Source of the DNA: Vicugna vicugna
Taxonomy: Eukaryota
Length of the DNA: 64,000 nt
Direction of reading: 5' to 3'
Assembly (NCBI GenBank): GCA_013265495.1
Contig: MU058221.1
Location: forward strand, 4,342,001 to 4,406,000
Position 1 is the first letter of the stretch. The number at the start of each line of letters is the position of its first letter. A program made the position numbers and the translations under genes. Shown piece by piece: positions 26,400 to 38,357 of the stretch. Under the pieces are notes generated by a model. It was not told the origin of the DNA. It saw nothing but the letters and a program-made list of their open reading frames with translations, and ran no database searches.

Positions 26400-27134
26400 T
26401 GCTACAGAGTCCAGGCTCATACTACTGGCACACAACAGGCCAACAAATTAAGAGATAAGTTGCTGGGGCAGGGAATAATGTAGTGACTTTATTCAGAAAG
26501 CTGTAAGTTTGCTTTCTATGTCTATGAGTCTGCTTCTGTTTTATATAAGTTCACTTGCCTTTTTTGTTTTTTGACTGAAGCATTGTGCTGTATACTGGAA
26601 ACTGACACTACATTGTAAACTGACTGTATGTCAAGAAAGAAAGAAAGAAAGAAAGAAAGGAAAGAACGGAAAGAAAGGAAAGGAAAGGAAAGAAGGAAGG
26701 AAAGAAAGAAAGAGAAAGGAAGAAAGGAAACAAGCCAGCAGACCAAGAAGATGGTGGACTAGTGTCCCAAAGAACCATCTTGCCTGGATCTGGATGCTAG
26801 TTTCTTTTACAGAACAGAGAGCGGAGAGGTGAGGAGATAAAGTGAAAAAAGACAGTAAGTTGTTGCAAGTATTTCCTGTCTGGCCAGACTCCAGAAGGAA
26901 CGCAGCCATTGACAGGTGGGCCTGGTCAGGGTGTTTCCTGTGAGCTCAAACAAGAGTATTTTAGCTTAACACTCAGGCATGGGAAGCAGGGTTCCAGGAG
27001 ATGGGCCATTACATATACCTTAAGCTATAGGAAACCTTCCTTCAGTGATTAACTTGTAGCAAAAGCAAAGAACGCAAAGGTTAAAGTAAAGAAACAGATC
27101 CAACATGGAGGCAGAATTGCTCTTCCCTATTTCA
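26400..27134 (-). mobile_element. Class I ERV solo LTR (artiodactyl/camelid type) interrupted by an L1
   Basis: TG (26400)...CA (27134); flanks ATCT/GTCT (4-bp TSD, one mismatch); AATAAA on the minus strand (TTTATT 26488-26493); both ends homologous to the LTR at 29273. Confidence 0.85.
26502..26731 (+). mobile_element. Short L1 3'-end insertion with 5' inversion and (GAAA)n tail
   Basis: 26502-26571 is antisense L1 3'UTR (compare 55228-55290); 26572-26634 is the sense L1 terminus (TGTAAACTGACTGTATGTCAA); 26633-26731 is a purine-rich tail. Confidence 0.85.
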
Positions 27135-27979
27135 GTCTTGGGTGTGATGTTCAGGAGTTGGTTCTTTATTCTAGGGAAGGTTTTTAATATGATTCATTTA
27201 GCTTTCTGGAAATATTATTCTAGAGCAGGCTACAGAACAGTCTGAAGAACTGAAAGCAAATTAATTATGAGACTCGGTGTAGTCGGCAACACTTGGTGAA
27301 CACACACGGTGTGCCAGGACTGTGCAAAGTGCTTCAGACAAAGTGCCTTACTTATTCATCTCCCAAAGGGGCCGAGCAAGAGATGACAGGACTTGATGCT
27401 AGTGGACATGGAGATGATGAGATACATTTTAGAGATGTTAAGGAAACCTAAAGGGTAAGGCTTAGGGGTAGGAACAGACCTCAAGAGTTCATGTCTAATT
27501 CTTAGGGAAGAAAGCTGGAAATATATGACAGAAACAAAAGTAAAGCATGGTTCTGCTAAAGTCTTGACAGACACAGAGAACTCAGAACTGGAGCAGACCT
27601 AGTGCCAACAGGTTCAGCAGCAAAGGATTTAGCCAGACATGAGTGACCCCAGTTCTGGGCATCAGTCAGGTCCCTCCCTGGTGGACATCAGCTTCAGAAT
27701 CTTGGGGTCCAACAGACAACTGTGCCAGCATCAGCAATAATGGTCTGTTATATCAGCAACCAAACAGGGGAGACAGTGTCAGATAAGATGTAATATGATA
27801 TTTTTAAATATTTTCCAATTTATTTTTTATTTCTCAGGAATTATTTTATCATCATTATCATTTGCCTTCCTCCAACAGTAAACATAGAGCAAAAGTATGT
27901 GGCTAATTATCTCAGAGAAGATAAAATACAACAAGACTAAACTGTAAGTAGACTTTTTGTAAACCTACAACACATGCAA

Positions 27980-27998
27980 ACACACACACACACACACA
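27980..27998. repeat. (CA)n microsatellite
   Basis: Seen directly. Confidence 0.9.
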
Positions 27999-28257
27999 AA
28001 TATACACATAGTTCTTGAAAACCATGACTTTCAGATGCAAGAGCCAGGTACTTGATGAAGGACAATAATTCTGTATTCTAAAAATCTTGACTAAAAGACT
28101 AAATAACCATCATTGCATGGAAAAACTCTAGTGTTTCTAGGTAAACAATACACTGGAAAGAGAAAGCAGAATATGTAAGAGCCAAGTAGGTCCCACCCAA
28201 AAGCTTCACAAGTTTCACCAGCTAGAACAAGGGCTTACCCTTCCAAGAGAATGCAAT

Positions 28258-28573
28258 TGTATGAGGCCAGGAGTTCTGGAGAATGAATGACCCCTGGAGC
28301 AGCCTCTGGCCACAAACTAGATGGGAGATGGAGTGTAAATATCCTTCATCCCACATGCGTGTTCTCTGCTGACTCCCAGAATCCCCAAGAGGATTAAGCT
28401 CTGGCTACTTACCGAGGACACTCGCTCTGTAACACAACCTCCACTGGCTTCCTTCCCCTCCCTGTATAAGTTCCATTTCTTACTGATGTTTCCTGGGGGG
28501 TCACTTCCCAAATAAACTACACACAAGAATCCTCATCCCGAAGACTGACTTGGAAAGAGCCCAAACAAAGACA
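28258..28573 (+). mobile_element. LTR16-like ERVL LTR
   Basis: TGACCCCTGGAGCAGCCTC...GATGGAGTGTAAATATCC...TCACTTCCCAAATAAACTAC...AATCCTCATCCC...CCCAAACAAAGACA, the typical LTR16 3' end. Confidence 0.8.
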
Positions 28574-28587
28574 TCTCGTGACATGAG

Positions 28588-28634
28588 TTAAATAAATAAA
28601 TAAATAAATAAAATACATACATACATACATAAAT
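28588..28634. repeat. (TAAA)n/(TACA)n simple repeat
   Basis: Seen directly. Confidence 0.85.
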
Positions 28635-29272
28635 CAGCATTAGGAAGAGAAAGATGGAGATAGTTCACATCTAAGGGCCTTAACTTTCTCTGCGATAACA
28701 GAAAACGAGGCCATCTTTGCAAAATACATTTCAGGAGTGGATGGAGTTGCATAAGAAGTGCTGTGAGGAACAGATGAGAATACCAACTGGGACCACGTAG
28801 GAAGATCGCAGAGCAGCACTGAGCTTCTCGCTAAAGTTGGAAACCACACCTGTACAGTCATGTGCTCTACCCCCCTACCTACAGCATCCAGCCATCTGGG
28901 AGTTGGAGCAGAGAAGCAGATGGTCAAACTGATCAAAAGTAGGGAATGTGTAGGAAAGTTGCAGCATGAGGTCCATGAAGTGAGACAGTTGAGCACGCTC
29001 CTCATGCAAGAAAGTGACTGACCCAATTGGTACACCACGGACCAGCAAAGACAGAAAGTCCACGACCAGAGGGTCAGAGGAGGGAGCAGAGATAAAGTTG
29101 AAGGGTATGTGTGATGAGAGAAAAGAAGCAAGAGGGCTGGAGAGACAAGAGTTTTTGTTCAGAGATGGGTGAAGCTGTGTATTAAAGCTTAGATATGGAT
29201 CCGTTCTAAGCGATGACTAAGACATGGCTTTGGGAAAGGATTATCAATGCCCCAGAATTAAACAGCCCAACA

Positions 29273-29776
29273 TGTTACCAAGTCCAAATTCATTCTGCTC
29301 TCTGCACAACAGGCCAATAAATCAGGAGACGAGATGTGGGGCAAGGAATAATGACCTTATCTGGAAAGCAAGCAGACCAAGAAGATAGAGGACTAATGTC
29401 CTGGAGAACCATCTTCCCCAAGTCAGAATTCAGGCTCCTTTTATACCAAAAAGAAGAAGGGGTGTGGTTGGTTATTGCAAACTCCTTGGTGTCAGAATCC
29501 TTTATTCTTACAGCTGTCCTCATAGGTCAGGTCATGGTGTCCCTGTAATCCTCCAACAAGACAAATGTTGTTTTCTATTCTGCAACTTTTTATCTTTATC
29601 TGAATGGGAAAGTGTTCTACCCTTAAAGGACAGAGCCTTGAGAAGGGGCTAAGGTCGTACTTCAGCCTAGAGGCAACATTCTTTTACAAAAGGTGCAGAG
29701 CCAGCAAGACTGAGCACAGGGTTAGCTCCAAAGCAACAGACTTAATATGGAGTCAGAATTGTTCTCCCCTACTGCA
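29273..29776 (-). mobile_element. Class I ERV solo LTR (504 bp) with perfect 4-bp TSD
   Basis: TG...CA termini; TSD AACA (29269-29272) / AACA (29777-29780); TATA-like TATAAAA on the minus strand near 29440; related to the LTR at 26400. Confidence 0.9.
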
Positions 29777-31381
29777 AACACACATGGTCTGAAGACCATG
29801 AATTAAAGCCGGTCTATTCTATAGATGTAGTATAGAATCTGCTTTGGATTTGAAAATTATTATCCTGCCTTTGGCTTTCCTTGAGCCTTCAGAGGAAAGG
29901 AAGATGTGATTTATCCTCTTCATTTTGTCTTTGTCCCCCTCTCTGTCTTCTCCGCAGAAGTGAGGAGTTGGGATAAGATGTTGTGACCTGCTACCTTATC
30001 GGTGTAACTGTAGGTAGGAGAATATGGGTACACACTTAGGAGCACTTAGAAGGGATTTCCGCCCAGACTGTTGGACAACCTGGGCTCAAAGCCCCTCCCA
30101 TCTCTGGATTGCCTGACCTGCAGGGAACCCCATTCCCCATCAACTAAATGCGAAATACCTGGACTCATGAATCACGTCCTGTTCTATCACCTACGTGCAG
30201 GGAATGCTCGATAAGTACATCTCATTGGGGTGAATAAATGTTCTTAAAAGCCCCTGGGTTTGCAGAAACCAAGGGCAGCTCACAATCAGAGGGAATCTGC
30301 ACATACATTTTAAACAGAAGAACATTCCCTCCAGTTCCCTCATCCGCTTCTGCCTGCGAAGCCTTGAATTAATCAGCAGATCTAGCAGGTGCCTGTCCCT
30401 GTGGTTTGCTGCAAACAGGCACATCACCAGTGCCACAAAGGCACTCCCCTTCCCCACTCGAGTGTGCAGCATTTTGTAACAATATTGCTAAAAGAACAAA
30501 AGTCCCATCGACACCCCCTTGGCTGACAAGGCCTTGATTTGTGTGTGTCAATGTCGGGCCCCTAACTCCCTCTTCATTAATTACACATCACTGACACATT
30601 TACCTGTGTGGCTCTGGGGGCTGATGACTGCATGGTGACAAAGAGCAGGGGAGGCTGCACCTTAACGACCTTGGCACGCCTGGCCCTGGGGGCCCTCGGG
30701 AGACCGTACAAGGGCAATTATAAATATAAACACTGCAGCGGGCTTGTCTAGACTGACTGAGAAAATGAAATCTCAGCTCCAAAGGAGGAAAACTGCTGAT
30801 GCTGTATATTCAACAGGCTTATAAGGAGGGGCTGGGAGAGAGACAGCTGTCTGAGAAAGTAAGCTGCGTTATTAATATAATAAAGTATAATGATGTCTGT
30901 CCTTTCTGCGGGCATGGTGGTGGTTCTGTCTGTCTTTCAGCATGAGTTTTACATGCCTTACTTCCTCCTGTGCATTGTACACATTCTGTTAACCTTTGGT
31001 GATGAGAACTCCCCCGGAGATTTTTTAACTGAAAACAGACTGTCCCTTTGGACAGAGATATGGATACTGTGACATTTCCTGGGTAACACACTGAACATCT
31101 CCCTACCAGTGACAGGTTACAAGTGTCACTATCACGTCATGGGGGTTCTGCAGCATCCTTGTGCATGCTGCTCTTGGTCCACGTAAACCTGAAATATACA
31201 CAGGGAAGGAACTATAAAGATCAATTTTCCAACCCCTGATATTGGGTTAGGAAACACTACAACACGAACAGAGTCACCAACATCCCTGTTGAGCTGCTGA
31301 CTCCCATTTACTTGGAGAAAATGATACAAGTCCAGAAAAGCGTTAAGAATACCTCACAGAGGAGAACATCATTATTAACTG

Positions 31382-31419
31382 TAATAATAATAATTATTAT
31401 TATTATTATTATTATTATT
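31382..31419. repeat. (AAT)n(ATT)n microsatellite with a self-complementary junction
   Basis: TAATAATAATAAT followed by TATTATTATT... Confidence 0.9.
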
Positions 31420-32689
31420 TAAAAGTTCAATACAATTACTGAGATTGTTCACCCAATGATCAACAGCTTTTGACACATTTTATCCTAATACAGTGTAAGA
31501 AATTGTCCCAGGCAAGAATCAAAGTTACTGTTCTATTAAAACAAAAACAAACAGTAAGCTGAGAATAAACAGATTCCGCCACTGAAGTATTTACACTCTC
31601 TCCTAGTCAGCTCCACCACCTACTCTAGTCTTCGTCTGCTGGTCTAGCCCACTATTACTTGAGCTCAGTGCTCTAAGGTTCTTTCTTTTTGTTTCTTGCT
31701 CCCCTGTTTGATTGCAGGCTCTGTGATAATAGGTCATGTGCCTCATTCGACTCTGTTGACCATAAAACCTGGCCCCAAGAAAATAATACACAAATATTTA
31801 TTCAATGACTGACCCTCATAATCTACTGCCAAAAACAAAAGGGGGAGAACGATTCTCCAAAAATTCTGAGAAGCAAAAGGAGAGAGAATGCACAAGAGTG
31901 GAGGGGGATATTTAGGGAAATTTAACACATGCAAAAAAGTTTGAAAGTTTGAGGAGATTAAAGACATGGAATCAATGACTACCACAATATAGAAGGGTTT
32001 TTTTTTTTCTTTATCACCAGGAAAAACGTCTCATTAATTCCACCATGCCCCCATAATTTATACTTTATCAGCTATCAAATAAAAGACTTTTTATCTCTTT
32101 CTGGGTCTACAGTCAACAAAAATTCGTCTCCTAGTTAATATCTGATGAATATCGAGATGACTCCAGCGGGAACCCGCTCAATAACCCAATAGCTCATTTC
32201 ACTCTCATCCTGCTCAGCTACCCCAGACATCCACTGCTGACAAAGTGAAATATGATATTGATCCAGCACTGCATTGTTCAGCCTCCTTGAATCTCTGGGA
32301 GCGGGGGGGGGGTGGTCAGTGGCTGGCTGATAGATTAACACAAGAGTGATAATCACTTTGGAAGTAAACTGGCGAGTATGTGCACCACGCTAGATGCTGT
32401 ACTGAGAACCCAAGGAAACTGGTTTCTCCCTAGGCGGGTGGTGTCCTATAATCACATTTAATAAAACTCAAACAAATGCTGGAGAAGCAGAGGTTACTGC
32501 CAAAGCATGCCACTGTGACCTCTGGGGCGGAGATCACCCTATCCCAGCTCTCAGCTTTGCAGATCTCATTTCTCTGTTTTCGGGGGATTCCCTAAGCCGT
32601 AACTAAAATAAGAATCATAGCAGTGCAAAGCGAATCTGGTGCCAGGCACAATGTTACACCTCTGAATACGCATCACCTTGAAAAGGTGA

Positions 32690-32890
32690 CTTGATGGTTG
32701 AGAGGACAGACTGGAGAGCAACTCTGCCGGACTTCAAATCCCAGCTTTCTATGTATTAGCTGAGCAAGTTATTTAACCTCTCTGTGCCTGCTTCTTCATG
32801 TGTGAAGTCACCCCACACACAGATTTGTTGTGAAGATTAAATGAGCTCATTTATGGGAAGTCTTTGGGATACCGTGTGCCGTATGTCCAC
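32690..32890 (+). mobile_element. MIR
   Basis: TTCAAATCCCAGCTTTCT...TGAGCAAGTTATTTAACCTCTCTGTGCCT...TTGTTGTGAAGATTAAATGAG. Confidence 0.85.
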
Positions 32891-33409
32891 TCCTCAGCTC
32901 TGACTTTATCTTTCTTTAGACAGAGGAGACAGACATAAAGATAGCTATGACTGTGTGTCTGTGTATTTCTGTTTGCATATAGATGCCTGATGAGATTAGT
33001 GTGATCAGTAAAAATGACTGCTTTCAAATGGAGAAGGGTAAAGTTCCCTGCAGGCCCCCAAGCCTCACTCACAACAAAACAGGGCGAGGCAAAGCCTCTG
33101 AGTTCTCAAGATTCCTGCAGTTGTCTGTGGATTCAGAGGCAGATTTTACCAGCATCTGTCCTGCTCCTGGGAGAAATGAGATGAATGGTCCTTATCCTGT
33201 CCCCCGTCATAACCACTGCTGTGTATTTTCAAACACTCCCATTGTTGCGCTCTCCCCAGGCTTGAATCAATCTCCTGGGGAGAGCGGACCCAGAAGGGTA
33301 AGAGACAGGACTATGCTTTTTTTTTTCCTTTCCAAAGTCCTCCAGCTATTGTTGTGTGCACTGAAACTCACATCCTAAATAGAGAACCACATACAATGGT
33401 CTTTATGTT

Positions 33410-33690
33410 CAATTTTTTCATTCTTGCTTTTCATAAGCACTTGTTTTGTGTGCACCAGGCTCTGTGTTCAGCACCAACGATACAAGGGTAAAAACAAGTT
33501 GGCCCCTGCCCTCAAGGAGCTCATAACATAAAGGGAGAAGAATGGGAATCAGTCGAGAACAGCCCGCCACTGTGAAGTCTTATGACCAAGATGGTCCAAA
33601 TACGCTGAGGAGTGATGTCCTGGCTCAGCTCCGGGCTGGGCGTGAGATATCCGTAAAGGCCAGGCATATGAGTTCTAAAGGATAAGCAAG
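33410..33690 (-). mobile_element. L2 3' region
   Basis: TTCATTCTTGC...TAAGCACTTG...CCAGGCTCTGTGTTCAGCAC...GGCCCCTGCCCTCAAGGAGCTCATA. Confidence 0.75.
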
Positions 33691-34609
33691 AGTTAATTTA
33701 AACGTTTGATAAAGAAATACAAGTAGAAATATTTCTAGTTCTTAAATAAAAAGATTTGATTTGTAATTCTTCATTGAATGGAGCAATGCATATGTGAATT
33801 CAAATCTTCAAGTTGTTTTTAGCCAAGAAGTCGCTTTGATACCCTTTCACCAATATGGAAATAACAGCTGAGGGCCATCCCATTCCAACTGATGGGTGAC
33901 ACCAAGGGGACCCCTAAGACGCAGTCCTTGTCCTCAGACAGAGGCAGGCTTTGAAGAAGAGGGGAAATTTCAGCTCCACCTTGAAGAGGAGAAAAGAACT
34001 TTCAGTTGGAGTGGGAAGAGCAAGATGGAGGTGGGCGGAGGTCAGGACAAGAAAAATTTACCTCTCAAGAAGAAAGAGATAAGGTCTAAACTCATACAGA
34101 AAAGGAAAAAGTTTCTCTGGAAACTTTTGAAAACTCAGAGGTGACAGTGAAGACAAATCCCTCTGTGGCTTGCCCCACTCACACGAACAAATCCCAAGGT
34201 GCCCTGGTTGCCCTGGTGGCTGGGGCTGAGTTTTCCCAGTGAAACTGACCCTGCCTGACACACCCCCAAGTTCAACCTGATTTTTCTAGGACAGACTCAG
34301 CTATGTGGTCCATCCGTGAAAACTGGTGATGATGAACTGTACTTCAAAGGAGCTTTTTGCCCACCAAGCTATTTTCAGAGCTCAGAGCTGGCTAACAGTG
34401 GGAACAATACTCCGGTAATCTGGTTGCAAACAATTCTTCCTAAAATGAAATGAGTTGTTTCTATAAATGGAACCTGGTTTTAAAGGCTAATGTATTGCTC
34501 ACACCACTTTCGAAGTCCTATGTGCTCTTCTGGTTTCTCATTTTGAGGAAAGCTGGAAAACTGCCACAGCTTGGTCACTAATAAGACCAAAATGCATGAC
34601 AGAGAGTTC

Positions 34610-35708
34610 AAGGTACCCTCAGGAAATAAATGGCACACTCAGAAGAGGTGACCAAGGAAAGTTTGAAGAAGGGCAGGGTTAAGGGGACCGAAAGGGAGAT
34701 GAACCACCCCCAAGGCCACACCCCTAGACCAGAAGGGACGGGAGGGAGGGGTGACCAGAACCCTGAGTCCTGCGCCTAAGGATCCTGGCCACTGCCAACC
34801 GAGGCCACGCCATGGTACAGACAGCCCGGGGGAATGGATGCCACCACCACTAGCTCCAGGCCCCAGAGCACCTGCCAGCACCTTCCACTGGCCAAACCAG
34901 AAACCAAAGAGCAGGCAAAACCCACTAACACCAGCCACATACGTCAATGTGTGGGGAGCACAGAAGGCTGAAAAAGCTAGAGAGTGAATTATTTTTCAGA
35001 TTATTTTTCATTATTGGCTGTTACAAGATACTGAATATTGGTCCCTGTGTTATACAGTAAATCCTGTTGCTTATCTATTTCATGTGCAGTAGCTTACATC
35101 TGTTAATCCCATGCTCTTCATTTATCCCTCCCCCTCTTGCCCCTTTGGTAACCATGAGTGTGTTTTCTACGTCTGTGCATCTGTTTTTGTTCGGTAAATA
35201 GATTCATTTGTATCATTTTTTTTTAGATTCCACATATAAATGATATATAATATTTGTCTTTCTCTGTTTGACTTACTTCATGTAGTATGATAATCTCTAG
35301 GTCCACCCATGTTGATGCAAATGGCAACATTTCATTCTTTTTTATAGCTGAGTGATAATCTATCACGTGTGTTTATATATGTGTGTGTGTGTATATATAT
35401 TTATATAATATATATATCTATCATATCTTCTTAAACCAATCATCTGTTGATAGGCATCTGTGCTGCTTCCGTGTCTTGGCTATTGTAAACAGGGCTGATT
35501 TTAACACTGGGGTGCATGTATCTTTTTGAATTAGAGTTCACCTTTTCTGGATGTTTGCCCAGGAGTGGGATTGCTGGATCATGTGGTAGCTCTACTTTTA
35601 GTTTAAGGAACTTCCATACTGTTTTCCATAGTGGCTGCACCAATTTACATTCCCTTTCCTCCATATAATAGTGGGTGAATCTGAGGAGCCGAGAGAGAGT
35701 ATCTACAA
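34610..35708 (-). mobile_element. LTR33-like LTR split near its end by an L1
   Basis: CAGGAAATAAATGGCACACTCAG...CACCCCTAGACCAGAAGGG...TTCCACTGGCCAAACC; the terminal LTR segment GTGAATCTGAGGAGCC resumes at 35675. Confidence 0.65.
34990..35655 (-). mobile_element. L1 (ORF2 end and 3'UTR) lacking its normal terminus and poly(A)
   Basis: ORF 35440-35664(-) gives [30 protein letters not shown] (L1 ORF2 C-terminus); 3'UTR similar to copies at 6293 and 54941. Confidence 0.93.
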
Positions 35709-37309
35709 AGGATCAAAAGCCGGCTGCCGGCTAGACGTGAAAGCTGCTTTTCAGTATTTGAAATCTACATAGCTGTATCCCTAATTTATTCACACATAAG
35801 CCTCTATTTGCCGTTCTTCAACCAGTTCCATGATCTCACCGAGACTTCCACCAGCTGGCAGTATCTTAGTTACAAATCTTCCCACAGCCTACACACAGAG
35901 ATTCAAACTCCTCCTTGATGACGACCCCGCACACAGTGACCCCATCTACATTCCCAGTTTTATCTCCCACTACTTCTCTGCACATCCCGTGATTACACCG
36001 GATTCTTCGCTGTTCCGTAAGTAATGGCTTTACTCACGGTGTTCTCTTAGCATTCAAAAACCAGTTGCACAGTTAAGACTCAGCCCAAATTCTACCTCCT
36101 CTTGGAAGCCTGTCCTAATTGTTGAAGCTGATTGTAATCTCTCCCTCCTTTTCACATAGCCCTGTGGTTTAAAATCTCTTGCAGAATTAAAAACATATTT
36201 ATCTCAACTCCAGGCTCGAGTCTAAGCTACTTGAAGGTGGAATGGCTGCCCCTCACCCTTGTACCTCCGCCCCTCGCCTTATGTCTTCTACATCACAGGC
36301 ACCGTGAAGGCCTCCCTGGACCGCATTCATATTTATTCACTACAGGTTTAAAGGATAGAGATTCACAGTCACTAATTATAGATTACGTACATTTGATTAG
36401 AGATTCATTGATCAGAGACTTGATTATAGATTTAGCTTTCTCCAAAGAGAAAAAAAAAATCATCAAAAGACTTAAAGTCGTAAGGAGTAATATTTGGGCA
36501 AAATATAAGATTTTATAATAACTAACCATTGGACGGTTTTGCCCCCAGCTCCTGCTGAAAGGGAGTATTATTTCAGATCATTTATTTACAGAGCAAAATT
36601 AGGCCATATGACAACCAAATTTAGCTAACCGGTAGCACTGGACGTCATGCGAATTGTTGTATAAGCCAGATCTTATTAACTTTACTTTAGAACTATATAT
36701 ATATATTTGGGGGTGAGTTCAAGGGACACGCCAGGTTTATACAACCATCATTCCTTTGCTGGGAAAATTCTTTATCAGAAAAGGGGGCAAGAGACCTTCA
36801 GAGAGCTGGGACCCACCTCCGAGTGCCAGAATTTATTATTAGACTCAGTCCCACTACATCATCTGTGATTCTTGGCAGGCAAGTGTTATACTGAAGTCTT
36901 TTCACTTACAACCACTAAAGGGAAATTTTTTGCAAGATTTAATAAGCATACGCGCTTCTTTAACGGTTTTTTATACGTGCTCAGGCAGCTCAGATACTGC
37001 CATCGCAGCATAAAATCCCAGACTCTTTTGAATATATTGCGTGCTTCTTTGTAATGACCTCATTAGACAAATCAGATTTTTGGCAAAGCGAGGCTAAAAA
37101 AAAATAATCTTAAAATGATTGATGGCGTCCAGTGAGCAGCTAATACAGAATACCTGCTCTTAGAATTGCCAACCTGTTACAATAATGGGAGAAAAGGTAT
37201 AGAAAGAACAAGAGCAAGATGGTTACCTAACACTTGAGGAGTTTATAGTCTGGATGTAGAGGCTGTGTGAACTCAGAATACAGCATTGAATGACACCTAA
37301 CAGCTCATA

Positions 37310-37800
37310 ACCAGAGGCCCTGTGATGTGGCGGGCTGGGGGATGATGGCTCCTAGTTAGAAAAATCAGGTTGAATACAAGAATTGCCTTTTACTTGCTGT
37401 GCATCTTCAGAACAGCTACCTAATCTCTCTGAGCTTCAGAGTCCTCTTCTGGAATGATACCTGCCTTACAGAGTCACTCTGAGGGTTTAATAGAGAAATA
37501 ATGTGTGTGAAAGAGAGCTTGACAAACTGTAAACCTCTGTGCATACATGTTCATTCATTTTGCAGACATTTACTGGATGTTCACTATTTGCCGAATACCA
37601 ACTCCAGCACTACAGAGATACAGAAATGCAGAAGCTACAGTCCTGCCCTCGGAGAGGTCAGCGAAGCCTGGTCCGACAGGCTCCCTTTAGTGGAAGGACT
37701 GGGAACTATGATAATGAGATGAATCAAGAAAGGAGGGTGAGACTTGAAACTTCTAGGTCTTGCAGGATTTGTACAGTATAGGGAGTTGGGAAGAAAGATT
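37310..37800. mobile_element. MIR (plus) followed by L2 3' end (minus)
   Basis: ACCTAATCTCTCTGAGCTTCAGAGTCCTC...GATACCTGCCTTACAGAG, then TTCATTCATTTGCAGACATTTACTG...CAGTCCTGCCCTC. Confidence 0.7.
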
Positions 37801-38104
37801 CTCTTTCAGGGAAAGAGGCCATACCCCTTAGAGATGGATAAGTCTGGCATTTTTTGAGTGCAGGTCCTGCCTGGAAGAAGGAATATAAACAGTGCGTCTA
37901 GTTCGAGACCAGGATTATTGAACGTAACCAAGGCGAAGTAAAATAACTGAACAATTCTTCAGGGAAATCAATAGTAACACTTTAAGGTAAATGCATATTA
38001 AGCAAAAGGATCTGCTGACTATGCTCAGATTTGGACAGGTCTCTGCTCATTTAGGCAAAAGGAGTTAACCTCAGAAATGGGAGTAGATATTAAGAAATGA
38101 ATCA

Positions 38105-38357
38105 GGGTGGGAAGGGATAAATTTGGGAGTTTGTGAGATCTGCAAATGATAACTACTATTTATAAAAATTGATTTTAAAAAATTGCTTCTATATAGCACA
38201 GGGAACTATATTCAGTATCTTGTAATAACTTTTAATAAAAAAGAATATGAAAATGAATGTATGTGTGTGTATATATATATATATGCATGATTGGGGCATT
38301 GTGCTGTACAGCAGAAATTGACACACTGTAACTGACTATACTTCAATTAAAAAAAAA
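38105..38357 (+). mobile_element. 5'-truncated young L1 3' end with TSD
   Basis: TATAGCACAGGGAACTATATTCAGTATCTTGTAATAAC...GTAACTGACTATACTTCAATT(A)n; TSD AAATGAATCA / AAAGGAATCA. Confidence 0.92.

Larger units (their letters stand above)
25860..27560 (-). mobile_element. L2 (minus) hosting nested MIR, LTR and L1 insertions
   Basis: TTCCTTCCTTCATTTATTT (L2 3' end, minus) at ~25860; L2-like GAGATGAGGCTGAAGAGGAAGGCAAAGCCAATCAC before 26400 continues after 27134. Confidence 0.6.

Noticed and set aside
27879..27943. Coding exon between CAACAG and GTAAGT
   Set aside because: 65 nt with stop codons in all three frames and no independent support.
28640..29131. 163-aa minus-strand ORF
   Set aside because: Purine-rich, probably old L2-like sequence; no protein family signature.
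26400..29776. Two related same-strand LTRs about 2.1 kb apart as the ends of one provirus
   Set aside because: Each has its own TSD (ATCT/GTCT and AACA/AACA), their middles differ, and the spacer is L2, LTR16 and unique DNA with no PBS.
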